A stretch of DNA of 33,221 bases from positions 1 to 33,221 of the forward strand of contig DAOSBJ010000005.1 of assembly GCA_035360795.1 (NCBI GenBank), in the 5' to 3' direction. The stretch is from Minisyncoccota bacterium. Its GTDB lineage: Bacteria; Patescibacteriota; Minisyncoccia; UBA6257. Below, piece after piece: positions 1-9,022 of this stretch (its first letter is position 1; each line of letters begins with the position of its first letter). Made by a program: the position numbers and the translations under genes. The notes under the pieces are model-generated. The model was not told the DNA's origin. It worked only from the letters and a program-made list of their open reading frames with translations, and made no database searches.

Positions 1-5
1 AAATC

Positions 6-34
6 AAAAATCCCGGCTTTTGGCCGGGATTTTT
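6..34. terminator. Bidirectional rho-independent terminator (A-run, GC hairpin, T-run)
   Basis: aaaaatcccggc / ttttg / gccgggattttt forms a 12-bp stem with an A-tract on one side and a T-tract on the other. It lies directly 3' of rnpB on the minus strand. Confidence 0.7.
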
Positions 35-45
35 GATAAAGTAAT

Positions 46-516
46 GGGTTTGTTTGTAAGCCGAATTCTGTCTTCTTGAATTAAACAAGGAGGCAGTTAT
101 TTCTCTGGGCCCGGCGTTACCTTCGGGCTCAAGCGAGCACTCCCCCCACTTGAAATGGATTGGTTATTACCAAAAATTGAGAATAAGATACCATGATTCA
201 TTTAATTATCCATTTCAAGTGGGGGGCACGGCTCTTGCATCCAGCAAGGATTTAGCCGTTTCACCCTGAAATTTCTTTCAGGCTCACCCCTCCTTTAAAA
301 GTGGGGGTTTTAATCCTTTCGGATTAAAACGTCTCTGTTCGCACCTCTCTCTTAAACCATCTTTAATAACCGTTACCAGTTATTAAATCAAACGGTTTCA
401 GAGGGTGGCTTTTAACCACTGCTTTTTTCTCTGTTGAAGCACAGAGGAATGTTCGGACTTTCCTCCAACCCCTCTTCATTAAAATGAAGAAGAGCCAGCA
501 ACTGCCCAACAAACCC
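46..516 (-). ncRNA. rnpB: RNase P RNA, bacterial type A, about 471 nt, with a large helix insertion
   Basis: The minus strand carries the universal motifs GGAGGAAAGTCCGAAC (revcomp of 451-466), GGGTGAAACGGC (revcomp of 254-265), GCTTGAGCC (P15 region) and ACAGAATTCGGCTTAC (revcomp of 55-70). P1 pairs GGGTTTGTT at the 5' end (516-508) with AACAAACCC at the 3' end (54-46). A promoter lies upstream and a terminator downstream. Confidence 0.9.
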
Positions 517-522
517 TTTCAT

Positions 523-552
523 ATTATAGCATAAAAATGAATCGGAAGTCAA
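523..552 (-). promoter_or_regulatory. Sigma70-type promoter for rnpB
   Basis: On the minus strand, TTGACT (552-547) is followed by an 18-nt spacer and TATAAT (528-523). This places the predicted start about 7 nt downstream, at the 5' end of P1. Confidence 0.6.
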
Positions 553-671
553 AAATTTTAGATAATCCTGTCATAAGGTTGCTTCAGCAATCTTATAACA
601 GGATAACATTTTTAATTATTTTTTAATTTTGTTTTGCTCAAAAATCATTAATTATTGAATAAATAGGTGAA

Positions 672-2471
672 TTGCTAAATTTTCGAAAATATAGTAAGAT
701 ATTTAAGAAATCTAAAATGCGACTGATAAAAAAAATATCTTTTTTGTTTCTTATCCTTGCTTTGTTAGGGGGTATTTTTTATCTTGGCGATTATGTTACA
801 AAATTAAGGTACAGCAATAAAAAGGTATTAAATTCGTTAGAAGAACAAAGTAAAACACAAAATCTTCAAGGAATTTCATCTCTGTCTGAAGAATTAGGCA
901 GAGTGAAAGAGGGTTTGACTCAAACGAAAGGAGAGTTAGAAAAATTTATCAATTTAATTCCTCGGCTTAAAGAAGATGTCAAATTAAAAGAAACTCTTAC
1001 TGCTATTATTGATAATTTAGATTGTTTAGACAATTTGACATTTATTTTAGATGGCTTAAATCAAAAAGAAGACAGTCTAATATGTTTAAAAAATCTTTAT
1101 AATAGTTTCAAAGACTTGGAAAAATTGAATGTTTCTTTTGGAAAAAATTACCAGCAAGATATTTCAACCATTTTGGATTTTCTGGGCGATAGTCAAAAAA
1201 AGAATTATTTAGTTTTGCTTCAATATCCTTTTATCTCAAGGCCAACCGGTGGTCTATTTGCCTCTTATGGGATTTTAAGTATTGATAAAGGCAAAATTAA
1301 TTTTTCCGGTAATCATATTAGCGACTTGGACAATATTTTCGTTTCCAAAATAATTCCTCCAGAACCCCTTCAAGCTATTTCTAATCAATGGTTTTTTCAT
1401 GATTTGGGCTGGTTTTATGATTTCGATTTTACGGCCAAAAAAATCATCCAGTTTTACGAAGAAAACACCCAAGATAAAATTGACGGCGTAATTCTGATTA
1501 ATCCTGAAACTATCGCGAATATAATGGAAGTGGTAGGGGAAATTAAATTAGAAGATTATTCTCTGGCGATTACCGCTAATAATTTTTCTGAGTTTTTAAA
1601 AGAGCAACTGGAAACTGGTTTTAAACCAGGTCCCTCACGTCTTAGCCCTTTAATTTTAGATGATTTTTTCACTTTAATTTTTGAAAAATTAAAAACTCAA
1701 GATCCAGAAAAAATAACAAATTTAATTGATAATTTTCAAAGTCAGATATTAGAAAAAGATATCCAATTTTATTTTAAAGACGAAAAATTTAATCAGTATT
1801 TTTCAAGATATCTAGAAAAAGAAACAAATCAAACTGATTATAGCAATTTTTTAGCCGTTACCTTTAGTTTAATAGATAAAGAACTAAAAACTGATACTCG
1901 CTTAAAAAAGATTATTCTAAAAACAGAGATAACAGAAGAAGGCAAATTTATCAATCAGTTAATAGTCAACGCCGAAGCAAGAACCTCAGCTGATAGAAAA
2001 AATCTAGATTATTTAAAGATTTATTTACCCGAAGGAGTTGAGATTTTGAAAGTTGAAGGATTGACTAAGGTCAATAAAGAGGACAATTCTAAATATTATG
2101 AGAAACTAAATTATGCAAAAGATAGCGATTTAAATCTAATTGAGCAAAGCAAAATTATAATGGAAGAGGAGAATGCAGAAATTTATAAAGAAAATGGCAA
2201 ACTTGTTATTGGCGGTTTTGCCTATTTGTCAAAAACCCCAGTTAATCTTGATTATGTTTTACCCTTCAGTCTTCAAAAAGAAAATTTGCCCCAGTTAGTG
2301 GAAACAAATATCTATAGACAGAGCGGCCAGAGTGTCAATTTTCTTTATAAAATAATTTTACCTAGTGAATTGAGATTATCGCCGACGCTTTTTTCTTTTG
2401 AAAAATGGATTCCTTTAGACAAAGATTTAAATATCAAAGTAAATATTGAAAAAAATGAACCAAATTTTTAA
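672..2471 (+). CDS. DUF4012 domain-containing membrane-anchored protein, function unknown
   Basis: 599-aa ORF with an N-terminal TM helix (ISFLFLILALLGGIFYLG). The motif LVLLQYPFISRPTGGLFASYGILSIDKGKI resembles the DUF4012 signature as I remember it. A more likely start is the ATG at 717 (MRLIKK...). Confidence 0.6.
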   Translation: MLNFRKYSKIFKKSKMRLIKKISFLFLILALLGGIFYLGDYVTKLRYSNKKVLNSLEEQSKTQNLQGISSLSEELGRVKEGLTQTKGELEKFINLIPRLKEDVKLKETLTAIIDNLDCLDNLTFILDGLNQKEDSLICLKNLYNSFKDLEKLNVSFGKNYQQDISTILDFLGDSQKKNYLVLLQYPFISRPTGGLFASYGILSIDKGKINFSGNHISDLDNIFVSKIIPPEPLQAISNQWFFHDLGWFYDFDFTAKKIIQFYEENTQDKIDGVILINPETIANIMEVVGEIKLEDYSLAITANNFSEFLKEQLETGFKPGPSRLSPLILDDFFTLIFEKLKTQDPEKITNLIDNFQSQILEKDIQFYFKDEKFNQYFSRYLEKETNQTDYSNFLAVTFSLIDKELKTDTRLKKIILKTEITEEGKFINQLIVNAEARTSADRKNLDYLKIYLPEGVEILKVEGLTKVNKEDNSKYYEKLNYAKDSDLNLIEQSKIIMEEENAEIYKENGKLVIGGFAYLSKTPVNLDYVLPFSLQKENLPQLVETNIYRQSGQSVNFLYKIILPSELRLSPTLFSFEKWIPLDKDLNIKVNIEKNEPNF

Positions 2472-4056
2472 AAAAATTTTGAATCATCAGACAGAAACAA
2501 TTTTAGGCGCTGGTTTAATTACTTCAGTTTGTGCTTTTTTAAGTTCTATCTTGGGATTTATCAGGAATGCCTTGCTTGCTTCGCGATTTGGTGCTTCATC
2601 CGCTTTGGATATTTATTATGCTTCTTTCAGGTTGCCAGATTTTATTTACAATGTTTTTATTGTCGGCACCATTTCTGCGGCTTTTATTCCACTTTTAAAT
2701 GATTATTTAGTTGAAAATAAAGAAAAAGCCTGGCAATTTTCTTCTTTAATTTTATCTTTGATTTCTTTTCTTTTAATAATTGTTGCTTTAATAGTTATTA
2801 TCTTTGCCTATCCTTTGCTAAAAAAAATATTGATTGGTTTTAGTGAAGAAAGTTTAAAAACAACTGTTTTTTTAACCCGACTCCTGATGATTCAACCGCT
2901 TCTTTTGGGGATTTCCGCGGTTTTTTCTTCTATTTTAAGAAGTTTTCGACTTTTTTTTATTAGCGCCCTGACGCCAGTAGTCTATAATTTGGGAATTATT
3001 TTTGGAATTTTATTTCTTGCCCCTAAATTTGGTTTAAGGGGATTAATTTTTGGGGTAATTTTAGGCGCTTTAGGCCATGTTTTAATTCAGGTGCCATCGC
3101 TTCTGTCATTAGGGTATCGATTTAAAAGATTTCAAATTTCTACTTTTGTTTTTAGTATAAAAAAATTATTTGGAGTTATGTCTTCTCGGGCTTTGAGTAT
3201 TATTCTCTCTCAGATTTTTTTGCTTGGCGTAACCTCAATTGCTACTCTTTTGAAAGAGGGAACAATCACTATTTTCAGTTTTGTTGACAATATTTTGCCT
3301 TATACTATTTTCGCTTTACCTTTGGCTGATGCCGCTTTTCCTTATTTATCGCGGTTTGAGTCAGAAAAGAAAAAAGACGAGTTTATTTTTAATTACCAAA
3401 AAACTCTGCTCTTAATTTTGCTTTTTATTATTCCTTTGTCTTTTTGGATGATTGTTTTTAAGGAACCGATTGTAAGGCTTCTTTTGGGTTATGGGAAGTT
3501 TGATTGGCAGACGACTTTAAATACAATGAAAGTGTTAGAAATTATGTCCTTGGCGATGATTTTCCAGAGTTTAAATTATTATCTTTTAAAAGTGTTTTTT
3601 GCCAAAAAAGACGCAAAAAGGCCATTTTTTGCCAGTTTCCTCTCTTATGGCATTGGTCTTTTAATTTGTTTTTATCTTGGTTTAAAACTAAAAGCAAGTG
3701 GTTTAGCGTTAGGAATTCTTTTTACCTATATTATTTATTCTTTACTTTTATTTCTTTTTCTTAGAAAACATCTGCAAATTCCTTTAGAGAATAAAAAAGA
3801 ATTTGTAAAATCTTTAATAAAAATATTAACTGCCTCAATTTTAAGCAGTTTAATTGGTTTTCTTTCCATAAGTTTCTTGAAGAGTGTTTATCCTTTTTCA
3901 AAAGTAAAAAATTTAGTTTTTTCTAGCATTATTTCCTTTGCTTTGACTCTTTTAATCTTTTTAATAGTTTGTAAGATTTTAGAAGTTAAAGAAGTCAAGG
4001 ATATTTTGAGTTATTTTAAAAAGAAGATTATTCACAAAAATGACCAACATTCGTAA
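2446..4056 (+). CDS. murJ: Lipid II flippase MurJ (MviN family)
   Basis: 536-aa polytopic membrane protein. The N-terminus (GAGLITSVCAFLSSILGFIRNALLASRFGASSALDIYYASFRLPDFIYN) is typical of MurJ. It overlaps the upstream ORF by 26 nt. Confidence 0.85.
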   Translation: MKKMNQIFKKILNHQTETILGAGLITSVCAFLSSILGFIRNALLASRFGASSALDIYYASFRLPDFIYNVFIVGTISAAFIPLLNDYLVENKEKAWQFSSLILSLISFLLIIVALIVIIFAYPLLKKILIGFSEESLKTTVFLTRLLMIQPLLLGISAVFSSILRSFRLFFISALTPVVYNLGIIFGILFLAPKFGLRGLIFGVILGALGHVLIQVPSLLSLGYRFKRFQISTFVFSIKKLFGVMSSRALSIILSQIFLLGVTSIATLLKEGTITIFSFVDNILPYTIFALPLADAAFPYLSRFESEKKKDEFIFNYQKTLLLILLFIIPLSFWMIVFKEPIVRLLLGYGKFDWQTTLNTMKVLEIMSLAMIFQSLNYYLLKVFFAKKDAKRPFFASFLSYGIGLLICFYLGLKLKASGLALGILFTYIIYSLLLFLFLRKHLQIPLENKKEFVKSLIKILTASILSSLIGFLSISFLKSVYPFSKVKNLVFSSIISFALTLLIFLIVCKILEVKEVKDILSYFKKKIIHKNDQHS

Positions 4057-5836
4057 TTTCGTTATTATTGCTCATATCGATCACGGGAAGTCGACGTTGG
4101 CGGATAGATTTTTGGAATTAACTGAGACAGTTCCTCGAATAAAATTAGAACCACAATATTTAGACAAAATGAATTTGGAAAAAGAGCATGGGGTAACGAT
4201 TAAAATGCATCCAGTCACAATGAGTTATCATAATTATGTTTTGAATTTAATAGATACCCCTGGTCACGTTGATTTTTCTTTTGAAGTTTCAAGAGCTTTA
4301 AAAGCAGTTGAAGGCGCAATTCTTTTAGTTGATATTACCCAAGGAATTCAGGCACAAACGATTTCTCATTTGAATTTGGCTTTAAAACAGAATTTAAAAA
4401 TTATTCCCGTTTTAAATAAAATCGATTTAGAAAATTACAATTTAGAAGATAGAAAAGAAGAATTGGTAAAACTTTTGAATATTAAACCAGAAGAAATTTC
4501 TTTAATTTCTGCCAAAAACGGCACAGGAGTAAAAGAATTGCTTGAAAGAGTTATTAGAGAAATTCCTCCTCCAAAAATAGAGACAAATCAAAATTTTTGC
4601 GCTTTAATTTTTGATAGTAAATTCGATTATTTTAAGGGAATTATTGCTTATGTTAGAGTGCTCGAAGGGAAAATTAAAAAAGGAGAAAGATTTTGTCTTT
4701 GGTTTAATAAAAGCAAAGGAGAGGTTTTAAGTTTAGGTTATTTTTCTCCTGAATTAAAAGAAAAAGAAACGCTTGAAGCAGGAGAAATTGGATGGTTAGC
4801 CACTGGTTTAAAAGAGCCGGATAAAATCAAAGTGGGGGATTATTTAATTTTAGAAAATCAAAGTTATGAATTAAAAGAAACAGAATTTAATCAACCAAAG
4901 CCGATGGTTTATGCCAGTTTTTATTTAAAGAAGGGAGATTCTTCAAAAGAGTTTGAAAATTTCCGCGCGGCTCTATTAAAATTAAAACTAAATGACTGGG
5001 CATTAGAGTATGCGCCCGAGACTTCTGAGGTTTTAGGAAGAGGTTTTCGTTTAGGTTTTTTGGGTCTTTTTCACTTAGAGATAATTCAGGAGAGATTAAA
5101 AGAAGAATATGGTCTTGATTTGGTAGTGGTAAATCCAACTGTGCCATACCGGGTTAAAATTAAAAACCAAAAAGAGCCAATAATTATTACTAATCCGAAC
5201 CAATGGCCAGAAGAAGAGGTTATTGAAAAAAGCGAAGAACCATGGGTCGAAGCAGAAATTATTACCCCTTCTTTATATTTAGCGCCAGTTTTAAAATTAA
5301 TCTCCCTTAAAAGAGGAGAAAATATTATTACTAATACTTTTAACGAAAAATTAGAGATTAAATTAGAGCTACCCCTTGAAGAAGTTGTTCGAAATTTTTA
5401 TGATGATTTAAAATCAGTGTCTTCTGGCTACGCTTCAATGGATTATAAAAGAGAAGAATTCTATAAACCGGCGAACTTAGAAAAAATGGAAGTTCTTTTA
5501 GCGGGCAAGGTCTTTGAAAGTTTAAGTCAAATAGTTTTAAAAGAAAAAATAGAAAAAGAAGCACGGTCTTTGGCTTTGAGATTAAAAGAATTAATTCCGC
5601 GGCAAAATTATCCTGTTGCTATTCAAATAAGAGGTTTGGGAAGAATTATTGCCAGAGAAACAATTCCATCTTTAAAAAAGGATGTTACGAGTCATTTGTA
5701 TGGTGGCGACAGAACCAGAAAGGAAAAACTTTGGGAAAAGCAGAAAAAAGGAAAAAAGAAACTGCTTCAAAAAGCAGATTTAGAGATTCCTTCTTCTGTT
5801 TTTGTCAGATTATTCACGAAAAAAGATGAACATTAA
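4040..5836 (+). CDS. lepA: Translation elongation factor 4 (LepA)
   Basis: 598 aa. G-domain motifs AHIDHGKST, DTPGHVDF and NKID are present, and the length and C-terminal domain fit LepA. It overlaps murJ by 17 nt. Confidence 0.95.
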   Translation: MTNIRNFVIIAHIDHGKSTLADRFLELTETVPRIKLEPQYLDKMNLEKEHGVTIKMHPVTMSYHNYVLNLIDTPGHVDFSFEVSRALKAVEGAILLVDITQGIQAQTISHLNLALKQNLKIIPVLNKIDLENYNLEDRKEELVKLLNIKPEEISLISAKNGTGVKELLERVIREIPPPKIETNQNFCALIFDSKFDYFKGIIAYVRVLEGKIKKGERFCLWFNKSKGEVLSLGYFSPELKEKETLEAGEIGWLATGLKEPDKIKVGDYLILENQSYELKETEFNQPKPMVYASFYLKKGDSSKEFENFRAALLKLKLNDWALEYAPETSEVLGRGFRLGFLGLFHLEIIQERLKEEYGLDLVVVNPTVPYRVKIKNQKEPIIITNPNQWPEEEVIEKSEEPWVEAEIITPSLYLAPVLKLISLKRGENIITNTFNEKLEIKLELPLEEVVRNFYDDLKSVSSGYASMDYKREEFYKPANLEKMEVLLAGKVFESLSQIVLKEKIEKEARSLALRLKELIPRQNYPVAIQIRGLGRIIARETIPSLKKDVTSHLYGGDRTRKEKLWEKQKKGKKKLLQKADLEIPSSVFVRLFTKKDEH

Positions 5837-5850
5837 TTAAAGATTTAGTT

Positions 5851-6261
5851 ATGAAAAATTTATTAATCAAAATTAGAAATTTTTTTCTTGTAATTATAGT
5901 TTTACTTCTTTTTGGGGGACTTCTCTATCGTTTATATCAAGACTACCAACGCCACCAGTATCTAAAGCAAGAAATTTCCAAATTATTAGCAAGAGAAAAA
6001 CAATTAAAGGAAGAGATAAGTAATTTAGAAAAAATCAAAAGTGAAAGCAATCTCGAAGAAAAATTAGAAAAACAGGTAAGATTGATGCTTGGGTTTAAAA
6101 AAGAAGGCGAGGAGGTTGTTTTAGTTATTCCTCCAAAAGAAACTATTCCCGAAACTTCAATTACCTCGACAACTACTGAAAATACCTTGGAGACCAAGAG
6201 TTTTTTTGAGGCTTTAAGAGATTTATGGTATAATATTTTGAGGACATTTAAAACGAATTAA
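5851..6261 (+). CDS. FtsB/DivIC-like septum formation initiator protein
   Basis: 136 aa. An N-terminal TM helix is followed by a coiled coil and a LGFKKEGEEVVLV motif, the layout typical of the FtsB/DivIC family. Confidence 0.6.
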   Translation: MKNLLIKIRNFFLVIIVLLLFGGLLYRLYQDYQRHQYLKQEISKLLAREKQLKEEISNLEKIKSESNLEEKLEKQVRLMLGFKKEGEEVVLVIPPKETIPETSITSTTTENTLETKSFFEALRDLWYNILRTFKTN

Positions 6262-6282
6262 AAGAGGGTTAAAAGAGAAAAT

Positions 6283-6353
6283 GCGGGTGTAGTATATTGG
6301 CAGTACGCGACCTTCCCAAGGTCGAAGAGAGGGTTCGATTCCCTTCACCCGCT
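6283..6353 (+). tRNA. tRNA-Gly (anticodon CCC)
   Basis: Cloverleaf folded by hand: acceptor gcgggtg/cacccgc, anticodon stem cgacc/ggtcg with loop ttCCCaa, T arm gaggg-ttcgatt-ccctt. No encoded CCA. Confidence 0.9.
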
Positions 6354-6393
6354 CAGCGGTTAGTTATATACTAGAAATAAATTTTGTTTAGAT

Positions 6394-7098
6394 ATGCGGT
6401 TAAATAGATTCTTTTTAGAATTTCAACCAGAAGCAAAAATTGTTAGGATTTTAGATAAAGAAATTATTCATCAGATAAGAAATGTTTTGAGATTAAAAGA
6501 GGGAAACGAAGTTATAATTTTTAACAATAATTTAAAAGAGGCGTTAACCAAAATAGTTAAAATTGACAAAAATTTCCTTGATTTAGAAATTTTAGAGATA
6601 AAAGAGAATTTAATTGAACCAAAAAGAGAAGTTATTCTTAATTGCGCAATTTTAAAAAAAGAGAATTTTGAATTAGTTGTTCAGAAAGCGGTTGAAATTG
6701 GAATAAAAGAAATTGTTCCCTTAATTACCGAAAGAACGGTTAAAATCAATCTCAATTTTGAAAGATTGGAAAAAATTATTAAAGAGGCTAGTGAACAGTC
6801 TGGTCGGGGAAAGTTGCCGCTTATCTCTAAACCAATAGATTTTGAGAAAGCGATTGTTCTCAGTAGAGGAAATGCTAATTTATTTTTTGATGTTAAAGGT
6901 AATAAATTTATTCCCTCTTTATTGAAAGATTTTAACAATAAAAAAATTGGTCTTTTTATTGGCCCGGAAGGAGGTTGGGATGAAAAAGAATTAGCATTAG
7001 CAAAAAATAAGGGATTTAAAATCGTGAGTTTGTCTCCTTTAACTTTTCGGGCAGAGACAGCCGCAATAATCGTTTGCTATCTTGCCCTGAATTTATAA
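6394..7098 (+). CDS. rsmE: 16S rRNA (uracil1498-N3)-methyltransferase RsmE
   Basis: 234 aa. The C-terminal LFIGPEGGWDEKEL...LTFRAETAAI matches the RsmE SPOUT signature. Confidence 0.85.
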   Translation: MRLNRFFLEFQPEAKIVRILDKEIIHQIRNVLRLKEGNEVIIFNNNLKEALTKIVKIDKNFLDLEILEIKENLIEPKREVILNCAILKKENFELVVQKAVEIGIKEIVPLITERTVKINLNFERLEKIIKEASEQSGRGKLPLISKPIDFEKAIVLSRGNANLFFDVKGNKFIPSLLKDFNNKKIGLFIGPEGGWDEKELALAKNKGFKIVSLSPLTFRAETAAIIVCYLALNL

Positions 7099-7099
7099 A

Positions 7100-8185
7100 T
7101 TATTTCCGAATTATCCCTCCACCTAAACATTTATCTTTTTGATAAAAAACAGCAATTTGACCAGGAGTAGGAGCAAAAACTCTTTTTTTAAAAATGATTT
7201 GATAGTGGTTATTTGAAAAAGGTTTTAAAATTGCTGGTAGAGGTTTTTGTTGAGAGCGGGTTTTAACAGAAACAGTAGTCGGCTTTCTAATTTTTCTGCC
7301 ACTGATAAAATTTACTTTTGAAATAATAATTTCTTTTTTATAAAGAGCGTTTCTATTTTTTGTTACTATTAAAAGATTTTTTTTAAAATCAAAACCGCAA
7401 ACATAATAAGGACCATTGGAGAGATTTATCCCTTTTCTTTGACCTAAAGTATAGAAATTCAAACCATTGTGCCTGCCAAGAATCTTTCCTGATTTATCAA
7501 TAATTAATCCTGGTTTTGGTTTTAGATAACTTTTAATAAATTCCTTGAGCGATTTATTTGAAACAAAACAAAAATCCTGACTTTGGGGCTTTTGGTAAAA
7601 AATCGAGAATCCTTCTTTTTCTGCCAATTTATAAACTTCTTTTTTAAACAAATTTCCAAGAGGGAAAATAAGGCGCTTTAATTGATTCTGGGTCAAAAAA
7701 GATAAATTATAACTCTGGTCCTTTTTTTTATCTTTAGCCCTAAATAATTCATATTTTTTTGTTTTTTTATTATATTTAATTTTGGCGTAATGACCGGTTG
7801 CCACATAAAAAATTTTATGTTTTGTTGCCCAATCAATTAAATGTTTAAATTTAAAATAACGATTACAAATTACGCAGGGGTTGGGCGTCCTGTTCTCCTT
7901 GATCTCTCTTTTAAAATAATCAACTACTATTTTTTTAAATTCTTTTCGTTTGTTTAAAATAAAGTAAGGGACGTCAAATTTTTGGCAGATTGATTTTGCC
8001 AGATTAACGGATTCTTTGGTACAACAGATGTTTTCTCTTAAAAGATTTTGAGAATTTTTCCAAATTGGTAAAAGTAAAGTAACCCCAAGAGGTTCATAGC
8101 CTTTATTTTTTAAAATGAGAAGGCTCATCGAAGAATCAACACCTCCAGACATTCCCACAATTACTTTTTTCTTTTTGACACTCAT
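7100..8185 (-). CDS. mnmA: tRNA-specific 2-thiouridylase MnmA
   Basis: PP-loop VIVGMSGGVDSS lies right after the M at 8185. The ORF track extends to 8290, but that extension overlaps tRNA-Thr, so I trimmed the start to the ATG at 8185 (MSVKKKKV...). Confidence 0.9.
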   Translation of the reverse strand: MSVKKKKVIVGMSGGVDSSMSLLILKNKGYEPLGVTLLLPIWKNSQNLLRENICCTKESVNLAKSICQKFDVPYFILNKRKEFKKIVVDYFKREIKENRTPNPCVICNRYFKFKHLIDWATKHKIFYVATGHYAKIKYNKKTKKYELFRAKDKKKDQSYNLSFLTQNQLKRLIFPLGNLFKKEVYKLAEKEGFSIFYQKPQSQDFCFVSNKSLKEFIKSYLKPKPGLIIDKSGKILGRHNGLNFYTLGQRKGINLSNGPYYVCGFDFKKNLLIVTKNRNALYKKEIIISKVNFISGRKIRKPTTVSVKTRSQQKPLPAILKPFSNNHYQIIFKKRVFAPTPGQIAVFYQKDKCLGGGIIRK

Positions 8186-8275
8186 AAAAACTAAAGAAAT
8201 TGTTTTGATAATTATTCTAACAAAAATTGAATATTCTGGCAATTTTACTAATTTGTGGTAAAATAAAGATAAAAA

Positions 8276-8348
8276 GCCGATGTAGCTCAACAGGTAGAGC
8301 AGACCCTTCGTAAGGGTAAGGTTGTCGGTTCGATTCCGACCATCGGCT
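8276..8348 (+). tRNA. tRNA-Thr (anticodon CGT)
   Basis: Acceptor gccgatg/catcggc, D arm gctc-aacaggta-gagc, anticodon loop ttCGTaa, T arm gtcgg-ttcgatt-ccgac. Confidence 0.9.
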
Positions 8349-8353
8349 CTGGG

Positions 8354-8382
8354 TTGACTTTATTTTTTTAATTTGCTATACT
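8354..8382 (+). promoter_or_regulatory. Sigma70-type promoter of the rplJL operon
   Basis: TTGACT (8354-8359), 17-nt spacer, TATACT (8377-8382). Confidence 0.6.
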
Positions 8383-8388
8383 GAATTA

Positions 8389-8497
8389 CATTATTCCGGA
8401 GACATTAGGTGCCTTTAAGGGTAAAGCCTAACGAGGAAATTTGGCTTTTCTGTTTTAAGCAGAACCTAATGTCTATTAAATTAATAGGCATTTTTTT
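8389..8497 (+). promoter_or_regulatory. Ribosomal protein L10 leader (autoregulatory 5' UTR), putative
   Basis: A structured leader of about 110 nt sits in the canonical position before rplJ. A long-range 11-bp stem pairs agacattaggt (8400-8410) with acctaatgtct (8464-8474) and encloses inner hairpins. A short AT hairpin (8473-8487) plus a T7 run (8491-8497) lies just before the start codon. Confidence 0.5.
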
Positions 8498-8500
8498 ATT

Positions 8501-9016
8501 ATGATTTCAAAAGATAAAAAACGGGAGATAGTCAAAGAATTAGGGGAGGATTTAGGCAAAGCTACTGCTCTTTATTTTTCCTCCATTAATGGCGTAAAAA
8601 CTACCGAGTTAAACAATTTCAAAGCGAAATTAAAAGAAGTCGGTGGTAAAGCGAAAGTAATGAAAAAAACTCTCTTAGATTTGGCTTTAAAAAGAAAAGG
8701 GTTAGAAGAGGATTGGCGGGAAAAATTAGAAGGGTCAATATTAGTCAATTTTGCCTTTGAAGACCCCCTTTCCCCAGCAAAAATTTTAAAAGAATTCTCC
8801 AAGCAGAATAAAAATTTCAAAATTATAGGAGGTTTGTTAGATAAAAAATTTCTAACAGCAGACCTCGTGGAGGAGTTAGCAAATATTCCTGCTAAAAATG
8901 TTTTATATGGTCGGTTAGCAGGAGCAATCTATTTACCCCCTTATCGTTTAGTTTATTCTTTAAAAAGTAATCTGTTTAGATTAGCGAGGGTAATAAATGC
9001 AATAGGTAATAAATAA
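8501..9016 (+). CDS. rplJ: 50S ribosomal protein L10
   Basis: 171 aa, with L10-like sequence, immediately upstream of L7/L12. Confidence 0.93.
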   Translation: MISKDKKREIVKELGEDLGKATALYFSSINGVKTTELNNFKAKLKEVGGKAKVMKKTLLDLALKRKGLEEDWREKLEGSILVNFAFEDPLSPAKILKEFSKQNKNFKIIGGLLDKKFLTADLVEELANIPAKNVLYGRLAGAIYLPPYRLVYSLKSNLFRLARVINAIGNK

Positions 9017-9022
9017 AACATT

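Noticed and set aside
3504-3764. 86-aa ORF nested in murJ (alternate frame, same strand), and similar short nested ORFs at 1275-1472, 4887-5147, 5358-5564, 5943-6197, 6681-6938, 8572-8820, 23660-24121, 24744-24956, 25121-25653, 26216-26497 and 28434-28658
   Set aside because: All lie wholly inside well-supported genes and have no recognisable motifs. They are expected by chance in AT-rich DNA.
8186-8290. N-terminal 35-aa extension of the mnmA ORF
   Set aside because: The extension overlaps tRNA-Thr (8276-8348) on the opposite strand. It also precedes the canonical PP-loop N-terminus, so ATG 8185 is the realistic start.
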